64,000 nt of DNA from NCBI GenBank assembly GCA_965644265.1, contig OZ286472.1, forward strand, positions 40,672,001 through 40,736,000. Direction: 5' to 3'. Position 1 is the first letter of the stretch, and the number at the start of each line of letters is the position of its first letter. A program made the position numbers and the translations under genes. This document shows, piece by piece, positions 50,315-62,100 of this stretch. The DNA comes from Glycera tridactyla (taxonomy: Eukaryota). The notes under the pieces were generated by a model, which saw only the letters and a list, made by a program, of their open reading frames with translations, had not been told where the DNA came from and did no database searches.

Positions 50315-53062
50315 CATCTAGCGGAGACAGCGAGAACTTGGACGAATATAATTCACCACAAGATGGCAGTCAACCCCAGAAATGTACACTTGATATCCGC
50401 AAGATAGAAAGCCTAAAATTCAAGATTCCTCCAGTGAGATGCAGAAGAAAACCCCTACCAGATTTGTTTCCTATCTCAACACAAGCAAATAAGGAACTCA
50501 TTAATGAAGTTAATGCCATCCTAGTAACCAGATCTGACCAAGAACAATTCAACTCCATATATGAGAAATTTGTAGAAGTGTACCACCACGACCTGAGAAA
50601 ATGTTGGAAAGTTATCCAAAGCACCCCTACGAGTAAAAATAGACATAAACATAAACCGGCTCCATATTGGAATGATGAGCTAAGCAGTCTATGGAAGAAT
50701 ATGCACGATGCGGAGTCAAAGTTCCTTAAGTCCAGAAAGAAAAATCTATCACATCAGCCTTGAGGAAATACTTTAAAACTGCTCAAGCGACCTTTGACAA
50801 AGCCTTAAAGAAAGCAAAAAGGAATCATAATAGAACCCAGGTGTTGAATCTTGAAAAAGCAAACACGGAGAATCCTACTGAATTTTGGCGAGCAATTGGT
50901 TCAATGGGTCCTAGAAAATCAAACAAGCTTATTTGGGAGGTCTACAGTGATAATGGAGAGATAAAGAGGGAGAAAGAGGACATGTTGAAGAAATGGAAAT
51001 CTGACTTCCAACAATCATTGACACCCCCGGTATGCCACGACCCTCATCAGCTTGATTTTGAAAAGAACATTATAGAAAGTAATAGATCTCTCGAACAGGG
51101 AATAGATGCAAATGACACATCAAACTTGGAAATAAACGCAGATTTTAATATAGAAGAGGTCCGAAAAATTGTCCTCAGAGCAAAAAACACAAAAGCGGTG
51201 GGAGTTGATGGTATACCGGCGGAAGCCCTGAAGAATGACCAATCAATCACTCTGTTAACATGTTTGTTCAATGTCTGTTTACGAAAACACATGATCCCAG
51301 AACACTGGAACTACGGGATAATAAATCCCATTCCGAAATGTAGTAGTTCCGATTCAAGGATCCCTTTGAATTTTAGGGGAATCAGTCTGCTGTCAGTGAT
51401 CAGCCAACTGTATACAGCAGCCATATCTCACAGATTATCGAAAGCCTTGGAGAAAGACCATGCTATTTCTAATGAACAAAATGGGTTTCGTGAGAAACGA
51501 TCATGCCTGGATCACGTATTCACGCTGAACTCGATCTGTAACGTAAGGAAGGAATTAAAGTTGGAGACATTCCTTACCTTTATTGACTTTTCCAAGGCTT
51601 TCGATTACGTGACACATGAACTCCTTTTCCACAAACTTCTACGAAAAAATATCAATGGGAATATATACCACTCTATTAGGAATATCTACCATGAACCAAG
51701 AAGCTGTGTACAGTTTGATGGTCAACTAACAGACTGGTTCCCCATCACTGCCGGTGTAAGACAGGGAGACTCTCTGAGCCCCTTGCTTTTTGCCATCTAT
51801 ATTGATGATCTTGTCCCTTTGGTTGATGAATGTTTGGCTGGAGTAAGTATAGGAGGTGATCAACTATCGATGCTTCTGTATGCCGACGATATTGTTTTGA
51901 TTGCTAATACAGTACAGAATGCCCAGAAACAATTAGATGTACTTAGCACGTGGTGCAGTGAATGGAAGATGTCGATAAACTCTAAAAAATCACAAATACT
52001 TCATATACGGAACCACCAGCGCCCTCTGTCTAATATGAAACTTTTTTGTTGTAATCAAGAATTAGCATATGTGGCTAATTATAAGTACCTTGGTATCCTC
52101 ATCAATGAGCACCTATCGTTTCAAACAGCCGTATAGAGCCTTACATCCGCTGCTGCAAGATCTTTCGGACGTATTGTATACGTCTTTAAAAGATGATTAA
52201 AAATTTGGGTATAAAGTGTTTTGAGACACTGTATGATACCTATGTGATACCCATATTAAATTATGCATCGGGAGTGTGGGGCTATAAAGATTATAAGGAG
52301 GCAAGGATTTTACAAAACCGAGTCATGCGATTCTATCTGGGAGTGCATAAGTTTACACCTCTTTCTGCCTCCCAGATAGAATTAGATTGGTTGGATGTGA
52401 AATATCGTAGGTGGGTGGAAATTGTTAGATACTACAATAGAATTATAAAAATGGAACCACACTGTCTACCACCGAAACTGTTGAATTGGGAAGTATCGTT
52501 GAATGTTAATGGGTGGGTGTCAAATTTGAGAAGCATTTCTGCCTATTCATCTCTGAATGTAGAAATCGATAACCATGAACATATTGATCTTGATGTACTA
52601 CAAGCCAGGCTTACAGTTTTGAATCAAAATCAACTATGGGTTGAGGCAGTGGCAAAGGAGAAGCTAAGAACCTTCCTGAAGATTCACGATAAACCATCGC
52701 TGAAGTTACTAGTAAATGCGAATTTGAGTAGACAGAATCGTAGTAACATAGTAAAATTCAAAACAGGTGTATTGCCTCTTGCCATAGAGACAGGACGATT
52801 CAAGGCTGTACCAGTGGTAGAACGTTTATGCTCTTGCTGTGAGGAAAAGCAGGTGGAAGATGAAGAGCATTTTCTTGTGAAATGTACAGCACTAAGGGAA
52901 CCCAGAATGGAACTGATCACCAATTTGAAATCTATAGATGACAATGTGAAGCTTGAAAAAATTGAAGATGTGAGAAAACTCCTAGAACCCAAACTGGTCA
53001 AGACATTTGCGAACGGGCTAACTTCTATGTTAGAAGCCCGAAGAAAATGTGTGTATGAATGA
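50315..53062 (+). pseudogene. LINE ORF2 relic: EN-RT linker, reverse transcriptase domain, C-terminal CxxC..HxxxxC knuckle
   Basis: PYWNDELSSLWK linker, NPTEFW, KAVGVDGIP, NFRGISLL, QNGFREKRS, FIDFSKAFD, GVRQGDSLSPLLF, LLYADD (YADD at 51879-51890), YKYLG, and LAIETGRF..RLCSCC..VEDEEHFLVKC. Lesions: frameshift near 50760, in-frame TAG at 52134-52136 (frame continues SLTSAAARSFG) and frameshift near 52190. The APE domain is absent because of 5' truncation. Confidence 0.95.
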
Positions 53063-53126
53063 CTGACGTACCAGATATTTTTATTGCAGACCAGTTTCCG
53101 AATGTTGAATCAAAATGAAATATCTA

Positions 53127-53887
53127 CTCATGTCATTAATGCAGTTTTGACAGCATTGTTGACATGCACTGACACATGTTGGGGATTCTTATATCTCAAC
53201 ATGATGAAAGGGAATGATCTCAAGATCAATGTAATATGTGTATACAAACATGACTGGGCTTCAAAATGGGTTGGTTTAATCATCTGTATCCAAGGTTATG
53301 GTTGCCATGGCAACCAACGGGGTAGATAATTCTCCCTGAAATCATACATTTTGCAATTTCGCCATGAGTTTCCAGCTAATAGATATGAATGTTGCATGTA
53401 ATTATATTCAGATACATGGCCTCTAACAGATCCTATGGGGGACTACATGAATTTCCTTGTAGTTTTCACAATTGTCAATGACAAATGCCCTCTGATTTTG
53501 AAAAATGACCTTTTTCCATCTTTATTCCATGATATTATGGAAAAATATTCCAAAATCTCAGTAGCCCCCCCCCCCCCTATGAACTGATAGAGACCTCCAA
53601 GATGAACAAAACAATGTGCTCCTTCCATATGTAACCCCCCAGGACTCATTCCGGATTTCAAAAATGTGTGATTTCAGGTGGAATTTCTTGGTTGCCATGG
53701 TTGCCATGGCAACCAAACTCTGAACTAATTTGTTGAACTCTGCTCAAATAAAAGCTGAACCCTTCAGGTAATATGATGATCAGAAAAGTGCCATGTAATA
53801 GAAAGATATTCATGCTCAAAATATGGAATAAACATGAATGAGCAGGATCAGGTTTGAATATACCATAGATTGCATTAATGACATGAG
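53127..53887. mobile_element. MITE family 1, copy 2, inserted in the LINE 3' UTR
   Basis: Perfect 17-bp TIRs CTCATGTCATTAATGCA (53127-53143) and TGCATTAATGACATGAG (53871-53887). Flanks are TA on the left and CA on the right. Colinear with 652-1406. Confidence 0.88.
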
Positions 53888-54204
53888 CAGTTACTGAGAC
53901 AAAGTATATATCAGAAAAGAACTGTTGTATATATGATATGTATAGTATGCTATGTGAATAATGTAAATACTGTTGAAACCGTTAAGCGTTAAAAATAGTG
54001 GATTACACACCAGAAAAACATATACTAGATGGGAGAAATAACATTTGTATTTGAAGTGTGACTAATAGCCCCCATGTTGGGGCGGGGGGTATATACAAGG
54101 CAGTGTATGAATTGTTGCTTGAACATGATATGTGTATATATAATATCTGACTTGTACCTCTAGTCACAGAAATAAAGCTACTTTATCACTTTATCACTTT
54201 ATCA

Positions 54205-54325
54205 CTACTATACTACTACAACTACTACTACTATTATACTACTACTATACTACTGCTACTGCTGCCGTTTCTACTACTATTACTATTACTTCCACTACCA
54301 CTACCACCACTTCTACTACCACTAC
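54205..54325. repeat. Degenerate (CTA)n microsatellite, right half of the LINE target
   Basis: CTA/CTG/CCA triplets begin immediately after the LINE tail. Confidence 0.9.
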
Positions 54326-56074
54326 TCACCTGGAGGAGCCTCTGATCTATTTTAGCGATATATAAGAATGAGTTCATTGTACTGTTGACCTTGATTGGTG
54401 AGAGACATTGCTCGTGATCTCACTCCCGCGCTATGAACGTAGACCATGCGTATAACGTATTATGCATCAGATTTCTATTTACTAAGGACATATGAGAATC
54501 AGCGTACATCCATCTATGGAGATGCGGGAGAAGATCATCACATATGATTTCGTCCCGCATTTCCAAAACGAATTCCACTCACCAAAGGGTGCAAAATTAA
54601 TTCTTCAGTTCGTGAATATCACGTGGTGTGTTGAGATGAGACATACGGGACGTTTGAAGATTGTACTCAATCAGAGATGAGAAAAGGGATAAGTACCATG
54701 GTAGAGATTGTCCTGCCACAGAAAAACAATCTGACCTCATCTGACCTGTTACACATTGTCACGTAATTAATTTGTCACTATCTTCAGAGTCCTGCACACA
54801 CAGATTACATACGTCATCAGGGCGGGGATGAGGCACCTCCGATATACCTATCTCGATGATCCTTCTCTGTCAGCTCGCATGGCTAGTATGATTGAGAAAT
54901 GAGGGGACTACGTTGGCTGTGAAATTACACAGATCATAAGAGGCTAGTTGTTCGGTACTCGTCAAAAATAGGGTGATTATTGCCCCAGGATGGATAAATT
55001 GCATTTCAATCTGCCTCCAAGAGAGACAGAACTGAGTGGATACACCAAATTGGATACAGCTCCCACTAATAGTGAAAAAGACTGGTGATACATTAATAAC
55101 GGTGCTGAACGAAATCATAATTCACAACAACGCAGTCACTCATGCACACGAATAGGTCTAGGTGAGTTTACCAAGCAGCACCCTGATTCAGCCTTGTATG
55201 AATGGATGTTGCATGATGATTGATACTAACTACTACTGTGCAATGCATAGAATGCAATCGTTCCACCATCAGAAATATCAAACGTAGCCAAAATCGTGAG
55301 CATGTCGAGCAGACTGCCTCTCCGATATAATTCTCTCCGCATTGAGCTGCCTTTTGTCAGAATTCTATCAGAAATGAAAAGCACCACGTCCATCTACAAT
55401 CAATGAGCTGGATTGACCACTCTCTCTTATGCCACGGGGTTGTACGTAGGCTAGAATAGAGAGTGTGCTGGGAAGATCCCTTAAGACTTATGGCTGAATA
55501 TAGCTCACTTGTCGGATAGGATCAGCATAGAATAGACTATTTTCTTTGTGCCTGCATACACTGTGCTCTCCGCTTATTCTCCTTTGGTATGACTCGCAAA
55601 AGAGCTAGGTTGCTCGAGTGGATATGCCTTTGACGAGCTTGGGTGTCCGCTTTGAGCCAGTTGCATGGCCATGCCATTGATGCAGTTATCATTGGGTTCA
55701 GACTCATATCCAACAACTGTTCTAATTTGGAGAGTTTGTACAACATAATGACCACTGATGCAGAGAGATATGATATGGACAGATAACATATCCAGATATT
55801 TTTGAATGTCATCACTATGTCATGGTGACCATGCTTTTGACTGATGTATGTCTCTAGCGTCACCAAGGTATCACATACAGGGTTTGCCCTCATTTCAACG
55901 AAACAATTCACAAAGATCTCTCAATACGTGCAACATTTCGATACCTCTATGTACTTGATTATATTCATGAGAATAGATATCGCACTAACATTCACATCCA
56001 ATCTCACAGAGGATAAACAACACATTCGAAGACTGCAGCATGACAACTGTCTTTTGATGCGAGAGAGTGAGGAA

Positions 56075-56107
56075 GAGCGAGCGAGCGAGCGAGCGAGCGA
56101 GCGAGCG

Positions 56108-56140
<33 letters not shown>
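56075..56140. repeat. Compound microsatellite (GAGC)9(GA)15
   Basis: Read directly from the sequence. Confidence 0.95.
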
Positions 56141-56144
<4 letters not shown>

Positions 56145-59100
56145 GATTTTTTCGAGTGTTGGTGCATTAGGCACATGACACTGAGTCAAAAAATGTGAAC
56201 TTCTAAATCAGATATGAGGTCCTCTACCCACTATGGCAGCCATTAAAATGTAGGGAATGTCTAAGTTTGAAGCCCTTCACTCCATCAGTATTATCATTAT
56301 CAATTCGTTTATAAGTATTGATGATCTCCTCGGAAATCGGATGTTTCAACGTTCACATCACTGTTATATGAATCAAAGATATCAGACGGTAAATGAACAT
56401 CAACAGGTTCATTCATCATCTTGTGTTCAGGGTTTGTGAAAATGATACCTGCATCGGGATGAGCATGCAGATTTCACCAACCAGGAACAAATCGAGTACA
56501 AATCATTTTTTTATCGAAAACAGACGTGATAATTCACTGATCATCCGTAAGACCTATCAGCTGCAAAAAGTCTCGTATCATCAATTGGGAGTTAACATAT
56601 ACGAACGATATTATCATTTCTTCGGCAAATTGGTCTCTGGTGAAGGTTGGTGGTCGGATGTACATTCCCTCTACGATATAATTAAACAATAATGAGACAG
56701 ACTGATGTTCCATGTCCTCCCAGGTGTCCAATCAGCTTCCAAAAACAAGCAAACAAAAGTAAACTAGAGGATAAGGATCACCGCTTTCTTCCTGTAATGA
56801 TTGTTTGGCAGGCCAAAGGTGACAAACCTGGCAATCGTTAGCCTTTCGGTCTGTCGCTTTACAGAGATACACAGAAACAGAACTGTTTAAAAGGTCAATG
56901 GCCTCTGGGTGAAGGAGCTAAGAGCTGGTATTTCAACGGGAGTTATTTCAGGTGATGATTAGCGATCAGCACGAAATTCTCATCTTCGCATGATCTACCA
57001 ACTCGATAGTGCATGGCAGCAGTATTTTTGGTGAAAAAGTGAGTAGCACAGATAATGATTCCCATACTATTTCCATGGTCATTGATCGAATATATCTAAC
57101 TAATTTGAATGAATTGTCCACGCTGTGAACGTGCCTCGGATCCATAAATTCACAAAGCAGGATGAAGACCCCCCACCTCTCCAAGAAACGAATAAAACAA
57201 ATATAAATTACTCCCCAGAAGCTTATAATTGTTATATCCCTTTCCTATTTCAGTCTTATTCAGTATTTCCTCACAGTGCAGACATGATTCTATCAATCGA
57301 CTGACTCATGGTCATGGAAGCAAAATAACAATATGCATCTCAATATCTGAAGACGAACATGTAAGCCAACCATTTATGTCCACCAATGATTGAAGCTTCT
57401 TTCTTATTCGAGGACACGTTGTGATTCCTATTTCAGACTGTTGGATAGATCTCAGCGAAGCTATGTTTTGACTGTGAAGAAATGTGAAATAAAAGGTCCA
57501 CATTGTGAGAATACTTGAGATTGCATCTCCGGAGTGAAAGAAAAATATCTCCCATTCAATTCAATGCCCCTATCAAAATTCTAGAGTGTTGAATGATAAA
57601 ACCCTCAATACTTTCAATGCAGTACGTCAGATTCTCCCTCAGTAGCCGGTCGCGAAGATGATCATATGCTTTCCTGAAACTTTCACCGCATTATGATTCT
57701 AACATGACGTTATCTGCTCGAAGTTGTCAAAGTAATTACAACTTGAATGATTAGATATGTAGTTCACATTCCATCAAATCATATTAGTGGGCATTCTGGC
57801 GAGAAATCAACTGAAATTATTGTCCTGATGTAGTGTTGTCATAATCCCATCGAGTCTAATAGATGGGCGAACAATTTGAAATTGATTATCAGTTATTTCT
57901 GAATCATTCCAAAATCAATTATATATCATATATCATCTGAGAGCATTGCCGCACTTCTGGGTCAGATTACGACGACAGACTTCCGAGAAAATTGATGTGC
58001 GATCCATCTTTGAATATCGAGATAAACGAGATTGACCTGATAATCCTTGCATTACTTTCAACCACCTGAGTCAACACAATGGATATGAGGGTAGAGATAA
58101 ATATGTGGATAAATAGAAGATCGAATGGACACACAGATACACGGACGAATACACAGAAGAATCGGCAGATGGATGGACGTAATGTACTGTTTTGTAAATC
58201 TTTTTTTTTCAACGAAAATAAGTTCGGACGNNNNNNNNNNNNNNNNNNNNNNNNNNNNNNNNNNNNNNNNNNNNNNNNNNNNNNNNNNNNNNNNNNNNNN
58301 NNNNNNNNNNNNNNNNNNNNNNNNNNNNNNNNNNNNNNNNNNNNNNNNNNNNNNNNNNNNNNNNNNNNNNNNNNNNNNNNNNNNNNNNNNNNNNNNNNNN
58401 NNNNNNNNNNNNNNNNNNNNNNNNNNNNNNNNNNNNNNNNNNNNNNNNNNNNNNNNNNNNNNNNNNNNNNNNNNNNNNNNNNNNNNNNNNNNNNNNNNNN
58501 NNNNNNNNNNNNNNNNNNNNNNNNNNNNNNNNNNNNNNNNNNNNNNNNNNNNNNNNNNNNNNNNNNNNTGAAAAACATGGCCCTCACTGGATGTTGGTGT
58601 TTCGGACAAACATCAGTTCTGGCCTGATCCTTACCATCAACACCCTCCCTTGTTGCTCGTTGAGGCTATCCCCAGATAGATGTCTAATGGTTTTTCAAAG
58701 TGATTCGCACATTCAGCTTTTCGACCATCATCAGGGGCACAGGAACACATTCTGTTGGTTCAATTGAGGCCGAAATGAGGATATGCATTTTTGGCTTCGG
58801 CTTTTACTGACCGTCATAGACTCGAGAGATTATATGTTTCTGCCTTCAAGGTTATGATCACTTATGATTATCACGAATTCATCGACATGTCTTCTGAGCT
58901 GACAAACTTTCATCAGAAATATGTCATGATATATAGTACCAAAATTTAAATCGTGGAAACTAAGGTTATGAATAGTCGGAATGGATTACATTCATTCTCC
59001 TGCTTTGTGAGAGGAGACGGAAATCGATGTTCTGGAAGCGGTCGATCTCAGCTACTAAAGAGTACATCATTGGCAGCACTGGCACTGCNNNNNNNNNNNN

Positions 59101-62100
59101 NNNNNNNNNNNNNNNNNNNNNNNNNNNNNNNNNNNNNNNNNNNNNNNNNNNNNNNNNNNNNNNNNNNNNNNNNNNNNNNNNNNNNNNNNNNNNNNNNNNN
59201 NNNNNNNNNNNNNNNNNTCGCATTGACCTTTACATGAGATCAATTGTGAAGTAATTTACCCCACTGATAATACAAGCCTAATACTCGGTTGATACGAAAT
59301 ATCTATTTCCTGAAATCGAGCCAATAACCCTCACAATACCTCACAATTACAAATTATTCGAGTGATAGGACACAATACTCGAGACATTAGCTCTCCTACA
59401 ATCTCTTATGTGTTCAAAAGAAACGTTCTGGCATCTGAAAACACCCACATTTAAATGTCCTGACTACAATAGATTTCGTTCTCATACATCTCCATTCCAT
59501 AGAGATTTTCCTTCAATCTAAATAATAACATATCCATACTTGTATCATGAAACCAGGTTTATGACTGGCAAAACACATAGAGCAGAGTATCTCATCGACT
59601 GCCAGCTTGTTATAGTGAATGCATACCAAAACTCCTACAGCTGCTGACTCTCCTTAACTGCTGGTAACGGGAGTTGCAATCAAAGATGAATGTAGATCCA
59701 ACACGTGTAGCAGTTGCTTAGTGATGATATTCCTCCACTGTCGACTGACTAGCAGTGATATCTTCAATTGTGAATGGGCTATACCACTAATGTTTGTATA
59801 TGGAGTTATCTCTGAACATCCCCTTGATGATGCGAACTATTTTGTGTGAACGCCCTGACAAGTCACACGTGATCATTGACACAACCACGGTCGCACATAT
59901 ATATTCATTGAGATGTTTGCCAATCACATATCATCCTGAATATATCATCTTTCTAAAACAGCTTTATATCCCACAATATATGATTCGTTCTCAAGTGAAT
60001 GGTCATGATGAATATGATAAGCATTTAATTACACTGTAAGCTGAGTCAAGTATAATCCCTAACATGGCATTTCTATTCTAACGATATGTGGTTCAACAAC
60101 CGATGGATTATTCGATGCTGGCTGGATAGGGAGGTTTAAGTTGTGGAGCTTGACGTACCATGCTCTGATTAGATTTTCTGAAAATTGGATGAAATTGTAT
60201 GGGAAACACGAACCTCTTAGAGGTAATTGATTGGTGTGACCGACAGTAATGGCTACCTCACTGCGACTCTTCCCCTGACCAAAATACGGCCGTCTCAAAT
60301 GTACATGTCGATGAATGAAATTTTCATCTTTGGAACATCTATCACGATTTCAGGTATTGCATTTGTAATTGCGAGAACTCGCTTTGAACTTCATGAATGG
60401 ATTTCACATATCATTCCACCTTCTTATGGGAGCGGAAGGAGGAATGTTGTTCGACTCATCACTGGTTGTGGGGGGCCTCTCAATATAGCCCAGTGGGTGT
60501 TCACGAGATGTCGAATAGCGGAGCAGACGAGCAGTCAACTGAAGTTGGTGTATTGGTACTGTACTTGCCGGCAAATCCCTGACATATGATTGAACGTGAG
60601 AGACCATACCAGTAGTAATAAGGTGTCCCAACATTTGGAAAATGTGCAAGTGTACTCTGCCACTCTTCAAACTAATCGAATGGCAAAAAAGTAGATGTTA
60701 GTGTAGATATTATATGGGTGATGCCTATATGAAGAAACAATATGACTTGTCAAAAGAGAGTGCTTGCAGTGCATTCAGCTTGCAGACAAAAATATAATTG
60801 CTGGAAAAGCCGTCGAAAGAAAAATGAAGATCAGACTTGGACATAATATATTCTTCGTCGAAATGTGGTGGTTCTTCTGTGACAGTCTCGCTTTTTGAAT
60901 ATCTGAAAGCGGATAGAAGCAGAATAAGCTATACTTTTTCTGCTGAAAGGCAGGACGAAAACACATGACCTACTTGATGTTTTGAGTTGATTCATGGCGG
61001 TAAAAGTCAGAGAACAATCGAATTGCACTCTTACTGGTGATAGATTGTAATGAAATTCGGGGACGAAATGAGTAGATCGGTGTAAGTTGTTACTGCCTTT
61101 GAATAGTTCGAGAAGGGGAAGCAGGAGGATATTGCTCGGACACGCGTGAAACTGGCGAAGTAACCGCGATCAATCATTAGCTGAGACGGTGACAGACGTG
61201 AGCCAATTGGCTAATTTACGGTTTCTCTGCCTGTCTCAGCTGCTTCGATTAGGCGATAACATCACCTCCAAGTCGGACATTGACGTGAGCCTTTGATTTT
61301 CTGTTAGACGTTGACTGATGATGTATTGACTACAAAATACGGCAAATGTTGGAAATCGAGTCCACGAGGACCAGCCAATACATATCTGTGTGACACAGGC
61401 AACATACTAAATGTGCGCTCACAAAATTAAACATATGATAGGTCTGTCAGTTCTAAATGTGATGACCGATGACAACTTCATGGCCGCAATCGCTCTGCGG
61501 TTTGAAAGCACAACTAGCCTGCAAAAATGATTCATGGGCAATGTTTCACGTCTCTTCAGCAGGAGCTGGATTTTAGAAGACTGAAAGAATGGGTCTCCCT
61601 CAAATACCTTGTAAAATACTTGGTCTCATGATTTCATGAGTTAATGATCATCCATGAAATAAAAATTTCACACCTGTCTTCTGAATAAAATGTCAGATGC
61701 ATTCAAACTTACCTGATAGACTTGCTCGGAATGTCAGCCTGCAACCAAATACAAATCAATAGTGTTAGATGTGTGAAAATGACCGCGGGCGAAGATGATG
61801 AACAGGTTAGTTTCAATCAAAAGTAACACCACAAAAATGAATGCAGAGGGTTTTAATGTGTAGCAAATCGGATCTGCTTGGGGATACATCAGAAATAAAT
61901 GTTCACCGAATGATGGTTGTAGGTCATATCGGGGCACTATTACAAGCAAATATACGTAAATGTATTCTAGACGATGATCTCAAATTCTCTCAATGAAATA
62001 CACCAGGGGCTATGCTGTTAAGACTATATGAGCACGAGCACGCTGAATGTAAATTCATTCACGATTTGAAGAGGTGGTGAACGAGTTAACATTCAACAAG

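Larger units (their letters stand above)
50315..54204 (+). mobile_element. 5'-truncated non-LTR retrotransposon, Proto2/RTEX-like, with full 3' end
   Basis: ORF2 relic to 53062, then an AT-rich 3' UTR interrupted by a MITE (53127-53887). A GC hairpin GCCCC-CATGTT-GGGGC lies at 54068-54083, AATAAA at 54171-54176, and a tail (CTTTATCA)3 at 54181-54204. (CTA)n flanks both sides. Confidence 0.85.

Noticed and set aside
50212-50763. Poly-Leu signal-peptide-like ORF fused in frame to the LINE linker (and the antisense poly-Val ORF 49967-50317)
   Set aside because: It is the (CTA)n repeat read in frame. The start is TTG, not ATG, and the frame ends at the first frameshift. No evidence of an exapted protein.
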